This document shows positions 1 through 9,857 of a stretch of DNA of 51,682 bases, one piece after another; position 1 is the stretch's first letter, and each line of letters opens with the position of its first letter. Source of the stretch: a virus. Lineage: Duplodnaviria > Heunggongvirae > Uroviricota > Caudoviricetes. The stretch lies in IMG/VR virus record IMGVR_UViG_2651869781_000017, positions 1-51,682 of that record; one strand, 5' to 3'. The notes under the pieces are model-generated. The model was not told the origin of the DNA. It searched no databases and was given only the letters and a program-made list of their open reading frames with translations. Both the position numbers and the translations under genes were made by a program.

Positions 1-1254
1 ATGCTGGAACAAATGGGCATTGCCGCGAAGCAAGCCTCGTATAAATTAGCGCAACTCTCCAGCCGCGAAAAAAATCGTGTGCTGGAAAAAATCGCCGATG
101 AACTGGAAGCACAAAGCGAAAGCATCCTCAACGCTAACGCACAGGATGTTGCAGACGCGCGTGCCAATGGCCTTAGCGAAGCGATGCTTGACCGTCTGGC
201 ACTGACGCCCGCACGGCTGAAAGGCATTGCCGACGATGTGCGCCAGGTGTGCAATCTCGCCGATCCGGTGGGGCAGGTAATCGATGGCGGCGTACTGGAC
301 AGTGGCCTGCGTCTGGAGCGCCGTCGCGTGCCGCTGGGGGTGATTGGCGTGATTTATGAAGCGCGCCCGAACGTGACGGTAGATGTTGCTTCCCTGTGCC
401 TGAAAACCGGTAACGCGGTGATCCTGCGCGGCGGCAAAGAAACCTGTCGCACTAACGCTGCAACGGTAGCGGTGATTCAGGACGCCCTGAAATCCTGCGG
501 CTTACCGGCGGGTGCCGTGCAGGCAATTGATAATCCTGACCGTGCGCTGGTCAGTGAAATGCTGCGTATGGATAAATACATCGACATGCTGATCCCGCGC
601 GGTGGGGCTGGTTTGCATAAACTGTGCCGCGAGCAGTCGACAATTCCGGTGATCACAGGCGGTATAGGCGTATGCCATATTTACGTTGATGAAAGCGCAG
701 AGATCGCTGAAGCCCTGAAAGTAATTGTCAACGCGAAAACTCAGCGTCCGAGCACGTGTAATACGGTAGAAACGTTGCTGGTGAATAAAAACATCGCCGA
801 TAGCTTCCTGCCCGCATTAAGCAAGCAAATGGCGGAAAGCAGCGTGACATTACACGCAGATGTAGCTGCGCTGGCGCAGTTGCAGGCAGGCCCCGCGAAG
901 GTGGTGGCTGTTAAAGCCGAAGAGTATGACGATGAGTTTCTGTCATTAGATTTGAACGTTAAAATCGTCAGCGATCTTGACGATGCCATCGCCCATATTC
1001 GTGAACACGGCACACAACACTCCGATGCGATCCTGACCCGCGATATGCGCAACGCCCAGCGTTTTGTTAACGAAGTGGATTCGTCCGCTGTTTACGTTAA
1101 CGCCTCTACGCGTTTTACCGATGGCGGCCAGTTTGGTCTGGGAGCGGAAGTGGCGGTAAGCACACAAAAACTTCACGCGCGTGGCCCGATGGGGCTGGAA
1201 GCACTGACCACTTACAAGTGGATCGGCATTGGTGATTACACCATTCGTGCGTAA
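1..1254 (+). CDS. proA: gamma-glutamyl phosphate reductase (complete, 417 aa)
   Basis: Full-length ORF; translation matches E. coli ProA end to end as remembered (ends ...[15 protein letters not shown]); followed by thrW as in the E. coli chromosome. Confidence 0.93.
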   Translation: MLEQMGIAAKQASYKLAQLSSREKNRVLEKIADELEAQSESILNANAQDVADARANGLSEAMLDRLALTPARLKGIADDVRQVCNLADPVGQVIDGGVLDSGLRLERRRVPLGVIGVIYEARPNVTVDVASLCLKTGNAVILRGGKETCRTNAATVAVIQDALKSCGLPAGAVQAIDNPDRALVSEMLRMDKYIDMLIPRGGAGLHKLCREQSTIPVITGGIGVCHIYVDESAEIAEALKVIVNAKTQRPSTCNTVETLLVNKNIADSFLPALSKQMAESSVTLHADVAALAQLQAGPAKVVAVKAEEYDDEFLSLDLNVKIVSDLDDAIAHIREHGTQHSDAILTRDMRNAQRFVNEVDSSAVYVNASTRFTDGGQFGLGAEVAVSTQKLHARGPMGLEALTTYKWIGIGDYTIRA

Positions 1255-1368
1255 ATAAAACCGGGTGATGCAAAAGTAGCCATTTGATTCACAAGGCCAT
1301 TGACGCATCGCCCGGTTAGTTTTAACCTTGTCCACCGTGATTCACGTTCGTGAACATGTCCTTTCAGG

Positions 1369-1444
1369 GCCGATATAGCTCAGTTGGTAGAGCAGCGCAT
1401 TCGTAATGCGAAGGTCGGAGGTTCGACTCCTCTTATCGGCACCA
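1369..1444 (+). tRNA. thrW: tRNA-Thr (anticodon CGT)
   Basis: 76-nt sequence GCCGATATAGCTCAGTTGGTAGAGCAGCGCATTCGTAATGCG...GGCACCA with cloverleaf-compatible arms and CGT anticodon; immediately 3' of proA. Confidence 0.9.
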
Positions 1445-1445
1445 T
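1399..1445 (+). repeat. attL core: 47-bp direct repeat (3' half of thrW) duplicated at 41393-41439
   Basis: Exact 47-bp match ATTCGTAATGCGAAGGTCGGAGGTTCGACTCCTCTTATCGGCACCAT at both positions; flanking bases differ. Confidence 0.85.
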
Positions 1446-1458
1446 TTAAATCAATGAG

Positions 1459-2619
1459 TTACCTAGTATTTAAGTAAATCACGTTCTCCTCTTGTGCCGT
1501 ATTTGTGCCATTGCGACTTATAATCGCATCGATTTTGCTCGCGTGCTCGGTGAGATGCCCGGCTGAAAGGTGGGCGTATCTTTGAACCATTTCGAGAGTT
1601 TCCCATCCTCCCATCTCTTTAAGTGCAAGAAGAGAGACACCGGACTGAACCAGCCAGCTTGCCCAAGTATGCCTCAGGTCATGGAAGCGGAAGTTGCTAA
1701 TGCCTGCCCGCTTTAACGCTCCCTTCCATGCCTTGTTGCTGTCGGTTCTCATCTTCCTTACCGCTGCTGTTTTTGTTCCGTCGCTTCGGTAGGCAGGTTT
1801 GGTGTGGACAAACACCCATCTCTTATGGAGACCCTGCTGTTTTCTTAATATCTGGCATGCGGTTTCGTTAAGAGGAACTCCGATCGCATTGCCAGCTTTT
1901 GTTTCATCAGGGTGCATCCATGCCATTTTCTTATCCAGATCGACCTGTGACCACTCAAGGTCTGTAACGTTGGAACGGCGAAGGCCTGTCGTGATTGCAA
2001 ACATGACCACAGGGAAGAAATGAGGAGCAATTTCTGCAAACAGGCGCTTCGATTCCTCCTCTGTAAGCCATCTGATTCGTCCATTCTTAACGCGTGGTGT
2101 TGATATTTTTGGCGCCCTGTCAAGCCATCCCCATTCAACAGCCATATTGAGAATAGCGCGAAGTATTGCCAGATGCCGCGTCTTCGTTCCTTTGCTTGCC
2201 AGCTTTGGTTTATACTCCGGCACTGGCTTGCCAAGCCGCAAACACCTGTCCCGGCTCATCTCCCAGTTCAGGCGATGGCGGCGGTTTTCCATCCCGTCTA
2301 CCGCCTCCATTATTTTTTCTGTTGTTATGTCAGAGAGAATGGCTTCTCTGAAGTGCAACATCCAGAACGATATAATGCTCTTGTCATCATCAATGGACTT
2401 CTTATCCGATTTCTCACGCAGCCACCGTATGCAGGCTTCCTTGAATAGCTTTTTCGGTGATTCCCCGAGATTTTTTACTCTCCACGCTTCTGCTTTCAGA
2501 CGATCGTGAAGTTCTTGCGCTTGCCTTTTGTCCGATGTTTCAAGAGAGCGTCTAACTCTTGATCCATCTGGCGCGACGAAATCGCAGTGCCACGTGCCAC
2601 CGCGTAGTTTGATTGACAT
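1459..2619 (-). CDS. int: tyrosine integrase (P22/lambda Int family)
   Basis: 386 aa; N-terminus and C-terminal HDLRHTWAS...RYAHL motifs typical of lambdoid integrases; GGAGG RBS before ATG; adjacent to tRNA att site. Confidence 0.9.
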   Translation of the reverse strand: MSIKLRGGTWHCDFVAPDGSRVRRSLETSDKRQAQELHDRLKAEAWRVKNLGESPKKLFKEACIRWLREKSDKKSIDDDKSIISFWMLHFREAILSDITTEKIMEAVDGMENRRHRLNWEMSRDRCLRLGKPVPEYKPKLASKGTKTRHLAILRAILNMAVEWGWLDRAPKISTPRVKNGRIRWLTEEESKRLFAEIAPHFFPVVMFAITTGLRRSNVTDLEWSQVDLDKKMAWMHPDETKAGNAIGVPLNETACQILRKQQGLHKRWVFVHTKPAYRSDGTKTAAVRKMRTDSNKAWKGALKRAGISNFRFHDLRHTWASWLVQSGVSLLALKEMGGWETLEMVQRYAHLSAGHLTEHASKIDAIISRNGTNTAQEENVIYLNTR

Positions 2620-2843
2620 GCTTTAACCTCCTGCACATCAACCGCATTCACCGCGCTATTGTGTCTCACAGACTTAAGCGCCGCAATGCAGTCTGACTTG
2701 CAAATGCGATATGGGCTTTTAGGTTTATCTGGATTTATCTTTGCTGCCTGAAGTCGTCCACTTCGTATCCACTGCGTGATAGTGCCTTTGTCTACCTTCA
2801 GATACGACGCTGCCTCTTCACGAGTGAAGATTTCTTCTTCCAC
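2496..2843 (-). CDS. xis: excisionase-like HTH protein (GTG start, overlaps int 5' end)
   Basis: 115 aa with excisionase/MerR-type HTH (ASYLKVDKGTITQWIRSGRL); position directly upstream of int. Confidence 0.55.
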   Translation of the reverse strand: MEEEIFTREEAASYLKVDKGTITQWIRSGRLQAAKINPDKPKSPYRICKSDCIAALKSVRHNSAVNAVDVQEVKACQSNYAVARGTAISSRQMDQELDALLKHRTKGKRKNFTIV

Positions 2844-2930
2844 CTGGAATCTCCATTTATTGGATTGGTATTATTGCGGTAGGTCTGGATATCTTGATAA
2901 ATGAAAATGCCTCATCGAGTGTGAGGCGGG

Positions 2931-3275
2931 TTAGTCCTTGCGTAGCTCGCTGATTCTTCTGTAAGTCTCTGGTGCTTTGTTCCCGTACGTCTTCATTTCA
3001 GACTTCAACAGAGCAACGAGTGAATCCCATTCGTTGAGGATTCCTTTGAATGCCGGAACGCGCTTTGCAACCTTGTCGAATGAATCTCTGATTTCTGGAA
3101 TCTGCTCAACAAGTGCAACGCATCGCCGGAAATCGGCTGCGTCATGTGGAGCACCGAAGCTATGACCATAGATATTCTTTTTCAGTCCACATGCGATTGA
3201 GGCAAGAGTTGCGCTACTGATACCGACATCGCTAGTCGATTGCCATTTCAAAACCTTCATAGCCAAATCTGACAT
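2931..3275 (-). CDS. hypothetical protein (ea-region accessory)
   Basis: ORF with GGAGA RBS before the internal ATG (MSDLAMKVLK...); longer ORF reaches 3302. Confidence 0.4.
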   Translation of the reverse strand: MSDLAMKVLKWQSTSDVGISSATLASIACGLKKNIYGHSFGAPHDAADFRRCVALVEQIPEIRDSFDKVAKRVPAFKGILNEWDSLVALLKSEMKTYGNKAPETYRRISELRKD

Positions 3276-3301
3276 TTCTTGTCTCCAATAAAAAACCGCC
3301 A

Positions 3302-3469
3302 TCAGGCGGCTTGGTGTTCTTTCAGTTCTTCAATTCGAATATTGGTTATGTCTGCATGTGCTATCTGCGCCCATATTATCCAGTGGTCATAGCAGTCGTT
3401 GATGTTCTCTGTTTCGATAACCCTGTTGAATGGCTCTCCATTCCATTCTCCTGTGACTCGGAAGTGCAT
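3302..3469 (-). CDS. hypothetical small protein (55 aa)
   Basis: ORF MHFRVTGEWNGEPF... with GGAGA RBS; abuts the neighbouring ORF. Confidence 0.3.
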   Translation of the reverse strand: MHFRVTGEWNGEPFNRVIETENINDCYDHWIIWAQIAHADITNIRIEELKEHQAA

Positions 3470-3549
3470 TTATCATCTCCATAAAACAAAACTCGCCGTA
3501 GCGAGTTCAGATAAAAGAAATCCATCAATTGGTTAGGGTTTTTGTAATT

Positions 3550-3741
3550 CTACGAATTATGTTGTTTTTTAGCTTCAGCTTTCCATTCATCAAAGGCAGT
3601 GTCTTTGTTCATGGTGCTGATATTGATCTTACGGTCAATATCATATACACGCCACTCACCGTTAGGCCTCTCTTCGCATCTAACTAAGTATGAATTGCCA
3701 TTAATATCTATGCGTCTGTCTATTTGCATGAACATTTTCAA
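3550..3741 (-). CDS. hypothetical small protein (63 aa)
   Basis: ORF in co-oriented early-left operon; AT-rich. Confidence 0.3.
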   Translation of the reverse strand: MKMFMQIDRRIDINGNSYLVRCEERPNGEWRVYDIDRKINISTMNKDTAFDEWKAEAKKQHNS

Positions 3742-3852
3742 TTTTCGAATCCTCTTTAATATGCATTTTTTGCTATTTCAGTAGTTTACTATTGATGAGT
3801 CGTTATTATACACACTTCATTAATGCAAGCATCTTTATGCTATGCTACTAAT

Positions 3853-4134
3853 TTAGCAATTGATATTCACCTTTATCGCGTATACCTTTACCGGTTTATC
3901 ACCGAAGTGGGGGTGTGTGATTGTTTTCACTTCATATCCTCCATACGGAACGTTAATTCTGCGGCTGGAATCGTCGCGCTTCGGATATCCCTTTGTGATA
4001 ATCAGGCGGTCATACTTACGATTAACGAGGCGTTTATTCCAGTAGTCATTGCACAGGCGATACTCTTCCGTTTTCTCTCCACGAATTATGGCATCGAAGT
4101 ATTCACCTTTAACGGCTAGTTGCAGGTTAGCCAC
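3853..4134 (-). CDS. ASCH/DUF3850-like small protein
   Basis: 93 aa; N-terminal LQLAVKGEYFDAIIRGEKTEEYR pattern resembles ASCH-fold proteins. Confidence 0.4.
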   Translation of the reverse strand: MANLQLAVKGEYFDAIIRGEKTEEYRLCNDYWNKRLVNRKYDRLIITKGYPKRDDSSRRINVPYGGYEVKTITHPHFGDKPVKVYAIKVNINC

Positions 4135-4996
4135 GGTTAACCTCCTGCGGAGGTTCCGGTAGCGGCATCCAATTGATTACATCGCATTCAGGGATGCTGA
4201 TATCATCACCAAGCCACCCTTGACCTTCAGACCAGCATTGCACGTAATACCCGTATTTTGTGTTCACTACGCACCACTGCGCGTCGTTCGGCGTCCGCTC
4301 ACTACAGCTTATCCAACCATCCGGAGTTACCGGAACTTGCGGAATGGCTGTCTGCTCTCGAACGTCATTAGGCGCTATAGGTTCTGCTGCCAACTGACTG
4401 GCATATTTGTTAATGGTAACGATAAGCTCTTGCTCAGCCTCATCCAGACAATCACCGATACCTCGCCTGTCACCGTCAAAATCATCGAAATCGGCACGAA
4501 TCTTGGCAACCTTCTGGATTGCGGACAACACCTCACTAGGAATTACCGGATAGTTGGTTGACGTTTCCGCGATTTCCCGAAAATTATTGGTTGACGAATT
4601 CTTGTTTTCCCGAAAGTTTCCGGACTGAAGCATGGCGGCGCGGCAGGCGTTCCAGCCTCTCACCTCTGCAATAGCGGCAACAGCATCAACCGCGTACATG
4701 CTAAGAGGATTAGGCATTGGTTTTTCTTCCGGTACTACTGGAACGGGTGGAGCGGCGTAGACCTCAATAATTCCATTATCAATAGGCCATTCTCCATCCT
4801 TGAGGTAGTCACTTGTGCCGTCAACTTGCTGTTCTGCAATGTGGAATGCACCTATTGGTTTTGCTTCCAGCGATGCCAGAGCAATTCGTGCCAGTTCTTC
4901 CGCTTCTTCTGCTGGCAGTACAACGTTGCTACCAGGTCCGTATGTTTCGCGCCACTGTTTGATTGTCAGCAGTCGCTCTTTGGTAATAGTGGTCAT
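4127..4996 (-). CDS. hypothetical protein with C-terminal DUF551-like domain
   Basis: 289 aa; C-terminal DGWISCSERTPND...WMPLPEPP resembles the DUF551 domain common in enterobacterial prophage ea regions. Confidence 0.45.
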   Translation of the reverse strand: MTTITKERLLTIKQWRETYGPGSNVVLPAEEAEELARIALASLEAKPIGAFHIAEQQVDGTSDYLKDGEWPIDNGIIEVYAAPPVPVVPEEKPMPNPLSMYAVDAVAAIAEVRGWNACRAAMLQSGNFRENKNSSTNNFREIAETSTNYPVIPSEVLSAIQKVAKIRADFDDFDGDRRGIGDCLDEAEQELIVTINKYASQLAAEPIAPNDVREQTAIPQVPVTPDGWISCSERTPNDAQWCVVNTKYGYYVQCWSEGQGWLGDDISIPECDVINWMPLPEPPQEVNRG

Positions 4997-4999
4997 GTG

Positions 5000-5149
5000 T
5001 TAGTCCTCTGTAGCAGGTGATACGCCGTAGTTGCATTCTTCATAGAATATGTCTCTGCCTATTTCTTCGGCATCCTCTGGCGTGTCTGCTTCAAACTCAA
5101 CAACCTTGCAATCATTAAATCCTTCGATAGTCACGATGTACTTAGCCAT
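5000..5149 (-). CDS. hypothetical small protein (49 aa)
   Basis: Short ORF tightly packed between flanking genes (4-bp and 2-bp gaps). Confidence 0.25.
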   Translation of the reverse strand: MAKYIVTIEGFNDCKVVEFEADTPEDAEEIGRDIFYEECNYGVSPATED

Positions 5150-5150
5150 A

Positions 5151-5885
5151 TCACTCTCCTTTGATGCGAATGTCAGCGTCAGACATCATATGCAGATACT
5201 CAACTGCATCCTGAACCCATTGACCGCCAATCCCGTAATAGCGATGCGTAATGATGTCGATAGTTACTAACGGGTCTTGTTCGATTAACTTCCGCAGAAA
5301 CTCTTCCAGGTCACCAGTGCAGTGCTTGATGACAGGAGTTTTCCCAGGATGGCGAACAACAAGAAACTGATTTCCGACTTCACGGACTTCGTTGCTTTCC
5401 AGTTCTGCAATGCGCTTCTCTGCGGATTCCAACGCCGCAACCAATTCGTCTACAGTTCCGGCAGCTTGCAGTGCGTAATCGGTAATAGCCATCTCATGAT
5501 CAATTTCAGTACCGTTCTCATTCGTTGAGGTGATAGCAAAATAATCAGAGTCGATTTCGTTATCAGCTAAGTGGCGTAGCGTATCGGCAACAAGCCGGCC
5601 GTTTTCGATTAGCAGCTCCCCTACCGTAAGCGCAATATCCTCGTTCTCCTGGTCGCGGAGTTTTATGTATTGCTGGTTTCTTTCCCGTTCATCCAGCAGC
5701 GCCAGCACGGTTTCTGGTCCGGTCAGAAATTTGAAGGCGTTGAGCGCATCAATATCCACACCGTAATCTTTAAGTTCCTGTTCAGTTAACAAATCATCAT
5801 CAGCTGACAACATTAACAGGCGTTCCATTGCTGGAATTGCACGTTCCGCCGCCTCACGCAGTGCCTGGTAATTAATTTCGCTCAC
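5151..5885 (-). CDS. hypothetical acidic protein (244 aa)
   Basis: ORF in early-left operon; start overlaps upstream gene stop. Confidence 0.45.
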   Translation of the reverse strand: MSEINYQALREAAERAIPAMERLLMLSADDDLLTEQELKDYGVDIDALNAFKFLTGPETVLALLDERERNQQYIKLRDQENEDIALTVGELLIENGRLVADTLRHLADNEIDSDYFAITSTNENGTEIDHEMAITDYALQAAGTVDELVAALESAEKRIAELESNEVREVGNQFLVVRHPGKTPVIKHCTGDLEEFLRKLIEQDPLVTIDIITHRYYGIGGQWVQDAVEYLHMMSDADIRIKGE

Positions 5886-6313
5886 TGGTTGCCTCCTTTG
5901 CGAAGCTGGGCAGCAAAGTCACGGATAGTGTCATCAAGGTCTGGGCACAACAGATGGTCAGCAAACATCTCCACGCCCTGCGCACGTACTTCAGCCAGGA
6001 AAGCATCGGTGGCTGGGGTGTTAAGTGAAAAGTCCTGTCGGCCTGATTTCAGATACGCAATGGCGATCTTTGTTGCTGCACATTCGACAGCGAATTTCTC
6101 TTTTTCAGCAGCCAGCGCCGCGCACTTTGCTTCAAGGTTATCAATCGTGATTCCAGCAGAACGGCACTCCCGCAACGCCGTTTCCAGTTTTGATTCAAGT
6201 TCACCGAACTTACGGACAAGATATTCAGCGTTTGTTTCGTTAACCTTTAAATCTCGTGGGATGCATTTACCTTTCAGAAATCCATCCATCTCAATTAGTG
6301 AGATTTGTTTCAT
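5882..6313 (-). CDS. hypothetical coiled-coil protein (143 aa)
   Basis: ORF with ATGA overlap to the upstream small ORF. Confidence 0.4.
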   Translation of the reverse strand: MKQISLIEMDGFLKGKCIPRDLKVNETNAEYLVRKFGELESKLETALRECRSAGITIDNLEAKCAALAAEKEKFAVECAATKIAIAYLKSGRQDFSLNTPATDAFLAEVRAQGVEMFADHLLCPDLDDTIRDFAAQLRKGGNQ

Positions 6314-6474
6314 TTCTTCCCACTCCGCAACATCGCATTCAGATATTTGTTTTGATTAACTGATGGAAAAGAATTTCTCTTAAGCAATTCCTCTCTCGAT
6401 GGCATTGGCTTTACGCGTTGGCGAATAATCATTTCTGCCGGAAGAATGCCGGGATTGTATGCAAGTCCTCTCAT
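6310..6474 (-). CDS. hypothetical small protein (54 aa)
   Basis: Short ORF with ATGA-type overlap to downstream gene. Confidence 0.25.
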   Translation of the reverse strand: MRGLAYNPGILPAEMIIRQRVKPMPSREELLKRNSFPSVNQNKYLNAMLRSGKK

Positions 6475-6490
6475 GATTAATTCCTCTTTG

Positions 6491-6805
6491 TTAATTTATT
6501 CGTATGCCTGCTCTTTCTTCATCGAGTTTTTTTAGCTTGTATCTCATAGCCCTTACTGAATAAATTGAGCGGCAGGTTGCAATTGCTATTTCTTCTGCGG
6601 AGAACTTACCGAAAAGTGATACTTCGGCTCTTGTCCAGCGTCTTCCGCGAAGTCGGCTAACAATGTCAGCGCCAATCCTTGTTGCTTTCGCCATTACTGC
6701 TTTTTCAGTCCTTTCCAGTTTTTCAGCGATAACTTCAACTGGCATTGTCGCCGCTACTTCGCGCAAGAAATCGACTTCCCATTTCTCCCATGGAGTCTTT
6801 TTCAT
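6491..6805 (-). CDS. hypothetical protein (104 aa)
   Basis: ORF in recombination-module neighbourhood. Confidence 0.4.
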   Translation of the reverse strand: MKKTPWEKWEVDFLREVAATMPVEVIAEKLERTEKAVMAKATRIGADIVSRLRGRRWTRAEVSLFGKFSAEEIAIATCRSIYSVRAMRYKLKKLDEERAGIRIN

Positions 6806-6816
6806 AGGCGATACCG

Positions 6817-7299
6817 TTATTTGATAAGAAGTGAAGGTTTCCCAACCTTGAGTTGAGCGCCGGGGATATTTATTCCTGCTTTTAGTTGGTGCTTGATTGC
6901 CAACTTGTCGGCTTTAATTGTCGTTTCAAACTCAACGTATTCAGGAGGAATGGCGCTTGAGTCGATGATTTCTACAGTTTCTAACGGTTTGCGGATTGTT
7001 ACCTGGTGAATACCTGCTCGAATCTTTTTCTTGCCAACCATTTCAAGCGATGACGCTATATATGATTTGATGCTGTCAATTTTATTTTGAATTACTGCTG
7101 CTCGTTCATTCAGTGACTTTGCCTCTTCCTTGAGGCGTTCAGCATAACCAGATTCATTTTTAATGACGGAAAGAAGTTGCTCTATTTTATCGGTAAATTC
7201 TCCTTCCATGCCTTCTATTGTGTCAGCAATCATCTCTGGTTCTAAATCTGAATCCATCAATTTTGCGTATTCATTGGCAATTTCATACAGTTTGCTCAC
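6817..7299 (-). CDS. Gp157-like protein (recombination-module accessory); probable GTG start
   Basis: About 160 aa helical protein immediately downstream of RecT; GGAGG RBS before GTG at 7299. Confidence 0.4.
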   Translation of the reverse strand: MSKLYEIANEYAKLMDSDLEPEMIADTIEGMEGEFTDKIEQLLSVIKNESGYAERLKEEAKSLNERAAVIQNKIDSIKSYIASSLEMVGKKKIRAGIHQVTIRKPLETVEIIDSSAIPPEYVEFETTIKADKLAIKHQLKAGINIPGAQLKVGKPSLLIK

Positions 7300-8194
7300 T
7301 GGCAACCTCCAGTTTCGCTTTGCATTCTGCATAAATGGCTTGTACGTTCTGCTGCAATTTCATCCCAGATGTCAGGCGATATGCTTCTGCAAAATATCGC
7401 TTCAAATCATCCATGTTTTCAGCCTGAGCCATTTCATCACAAAGAAGTTGTGCTTTATCCGTTATTTCCTGCTGGCGTTTCCGTTCATCTTCGCGGATAT
7501 CTTCCTCTGATTTGTGCGGCATAACTGGTTCAGTCCACACACCTTCTTCTTCGTTTAGTACGTGAATAGCACTATCAAGACGTGATGCCTTAGGCCAATA
7601 CTTGCTTGCACGCTTTACGACCGTCTTTCGCGCCATCTCATTCCAGTGATTTACCCATGGTCCTTTATCGCTGAATGCCGCCTTGCTTGTTTTCCTTACA
7701 GCCTCAATTTCAGCCAGACTCATCTCTTCCGTTAGATAATCACCTGCTGGCGTCTTAACTGTGCAGTAAACGCCAACGATATCACCACGATCACCGAAGG
7801 CGTTGTATTTATGGGTTGGTGCTTTATCAAGCCCGTTTGACTCATAGGTATCGTTAGCATGAACAAGTTTTGCCTGACCCCATGAGATAACACCAGACTC
7901 CATTGCAATATGGAGCAATCCCATATAGCTGATATCAAGGCAAACCATGCCGTCGCGAGGAACCAGATAAGCCAGTTTGCTGGCAGGGTTTAAGGTGATG
8001 CCGATCGCCGCAACATTGATGATGGCGTTCTGTGCGCTGGTTGGATTTGCCAGTGCCGTTTTAGCCAGGTAATCATTTTTCTGGAAATACTGAATTGCAA
8101 ACTGGCTTTCCTTAGCCCATGTCACCGTCTGTTCAGTCAATGCTCCGCAGAATAACTGCTCTTGCTGTTTAACGAATTCAACGATATTGCTCAT
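7283..8194 (-). CDS. recT: RecT-family single-strand annealing recombinase
   Basis: 303 aa; conserved RecT core (AIINVAAIGITLNPASKLAYLVPRDG...) and acidic C-terminus. Confidence 0.8.
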   Translation of the reverse strand: MSNIVEFVKQQEQLFCGALTEQTVTWAKESQFAIQYFQKNDYLAKTALANPTSAQNAIINVAAIGITLNPASKLAYLVPRDGMVCLDISYMGLLHIAMESGVISWGQAKLVHANDTYESNGLDKAPTHKYNAFGDRGDIVGVYCTVKTPAGDYLTEEMSLAEIEAVRKTSKAAFSDKGPWVNHWNEMARKTVVKRASKYWPKASRLDSAIHVLNEEEGVWTEPVMPHKSEEDIREDERKRQQEITDKAQLLCDEMAQAENMDDLKRYFAEAYRLTSGMKLQQNVQAIYAECKAKLEVASEQTV

Positions 8195-8502
8195 GCAGCT
8201 TCTCCATAAATATGTCTGCGTTTGAATATTGCGAAGGCATATTCAGCCTTAACTCTTTCGGTTATTGCATCCCAGAACCATTCAGCGGCTTTTTCCTGAT
8301 AGTTACAGTCATCATCTTCCAGCCAGTCGATAGCGTCCTTAGTGTGTTCATCTGGTTTATATGAGCGAAGCATTTCGCTTATTGGGTCGCAACGTTTGCA
8401 GAGGCGATCAACTTCACTGTTGATTCGTTCGTAATCTTCATCAGTAAAGCTTGCGATTATTTGCGATATTTCACGCTTATCATTCAGAGTCAGAATCATC
8501 AT
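8191..8502 (-). CDS. hypothetical protein (103 aa) in lambda gam-equivalent position
   Basis: ORF directly upstream of recT; function not recognisable from sequence. Confidence 0.4.
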   Translation of the reverse strand: MMILTLNDKREISQIIASFTDEDYERINSEVDRLCKRCDPISEMLRSYKPDEHTKDAIDWLEDDDCNYQEKAAEWFWDAITERVKAEYAFAIFKRRHIYGEAA

Positions 8503-8583
8503 CTTTCTCCTGTTCTTTGTGCTGATTGAGCATTTTGTTCATCTGACGAATGAATTCTTCGTCTGACCAGTTATCTGTAAAAC

Positions 8584-8736
8584 TCATTTCCTGCGATACC
8601 ACGGAAGGTTGATAGCTGATTTCATCGCTTTATTTGCTTCAAGCCACATTTTGGAATCACCAATAAATCTGGCTATTACTGCTTTGTTCTGTGCAGCACG
8701 AAGCATCTGGTGATTGATGGCTATTTCATTGCGCAT
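8584..8736 (-). CDS. small protein in kil-equivalent position (50 aa)
   Basis: Short ORF overlapping cIII 3' end; assignment by position only. Confidence 0.3.
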   Translation of the reverse strand: MRNEIAINHQMLRAAQNKAVIARFIGDSKMWLEANKAMKSAINLPWYRRK

Positions 8737-8852
8737 AATAAGACCTCAACTCTTTTCCATCCGTCACGTAATTTACGGGTGATTCGTTCAAGTAAAGATT
8801 CATTTAATTGGAAGGCACCCATGCGAGCGCCTCCCGCGATTGCGTAAATCAT
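8721..8852 (-). CDS. cIII: CIII-like protease inhibitor (43 aa)
   Basis: Translation MIYAIAGGARMGAFQLNESLLERITRKLRDGWKR... closely matches lambda CIII core (ESLLERITRKLRDGWKRL). Confidence 0.7.
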   Translation of the reverse strand: MIYAIAGGARMGAFQLNESLLERITRKLRDGWKRVEVLLCAMK

Positions 8853-8876
8853 GGGTGGTTCCTTATGTTGGTTTTA

Positions 8877-9845
8877 TTAGTAGGTTATTTTTGTTGCGAA
8901 TACTTCGCCTTTTACGATGGCTGTTATGATATTTTTAGCAACATCTTCTGATGCGCCAACCTTGATAAGGTCAGCAAGTATTTTGTTATTTACTTCTTTC
9001 CGGTGAGCTTTATCCTTTGCTCTACGCTCTTCTTCTTCCTTGATTCTTTTTTCTTCTGCTATTCTGGCTTGCTCTTTTGCTTCAGCCTCGCGCAGGATTC
9101 GTTCTGCCTCCTCCTGTGCTTTACGGCGTTCTGCTTCAATTGCCGCATGCTTTTCTCTTTCAGCTCGTTCTGCTGCCTCTTTTGCTTCGCGCTGTGCTCG
9201 TTGCTCGGCTTCAATGCGTTCACGCTCTGCACGTTCCGCTGCGGCCTTAGCTTCTGCTTCTCGCCTTGCTGCTGCTTCAATTTCGGCTTTTGCCTTTGCT
9301 TCGGCTTCAGCTCTGGCTTTCTCTTCAGCTTCTCTTTTTAAGCGTTCTTCATGCTCTCGCTTTTCCTGCTCAGCTTTGAGTCTTGCCTCTTCTCTTTGGC
9401 GGTCAAATTCGCGATCCATCAAAATCGCTATTTCATGGTCAGACTCAATTTGCTTTGCGAGAGCTTCAGCTGCTGCCTTAGCTTCTTCTTCGGCTTTAAT
9501 CCGCGCCTGTTCTTCCTCATAATCAGTAAGAGGCTGGCGCGCCTTGGCTTTCAGTTCATCAAGGCGATCACGCACTGTCTTGCGGTTGGCATCAATTAGC
9601 TTTGGAATTTCCTTAAGTTCAGCAACAAGGTCTTTGCCAAGACCATCGAGATATGTTTTCGTCTGCGCAACTTTATACGCCAGAGAAGCGATCTCCTTTC
9701 TGCCCTTTGCCGTTGTGATATCAGGCACAAAGGACATAACTTCACGTTCAACCTTTTGGAGAATTTCTTCAATCTGGTCGGCAGACTGAAATACAGTCAT
9801 TGCATTTGCTTTTTCAATAACAACTAAATCTGTTACTTCACTCAT
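8877..9845 (-). CDS. hypothetical protein with long EA/R/K-rich low-complexity coiled-coil region
   Basis: 322 aa; about 110 residues of AEAKAKAEIEAAARREAEAKAAAERAERER-type repeats; GGAGGA RBS. Confidence 0.5.
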   Translation of the reverse strand: MSEVTDLVVIEKANAMTVFQSADQIEEILQKVEREVMSFVPDITTAKGRKEIASLAYKVAQTKTYLDGLGKDLVAELKEIPKLIDANRKTVRDRLDELKAKARQPLTDYEEEQARIKAEEEAKAAAEALAKQIESDHEIAILMDREFDRQREEARLKAEQEKREHEERLKREAEEKARAEAEAKAKAEIEAAARREAEAKAAAERAERERIEAEQRAQREAKEAAERAEREKHAAIEAERRKAQEEAERILREAEAKEQARIAEEKRIKEEEERRAKDKAHRKEVNNKILADLIKVGASEDVAKNIITAIVKGEVFATKITY

Positions 9846-9857
9846 ATATCCTCCGTC

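Noticed and set aside
741-1335. Minus-strand ORFs (741-1052, 946-1335) inside and overlapping proA
   Set aside because: Antisense to a highly conserved housekeeping gene with no RBS context; typical spurious ORFs in GC-rich coding sequence.
9003-9789. Several plus-strand ORFs (9003-9341, 9040-9522, 9351-9599, 9544-9789) rich in Ser/Ala/Cys/Phe
   Set aside because: Antisense to the low-complexity repeat of the 8877-9845 gene; the periodic GCN/GAA codons make long stop-free antisense frames by chance.
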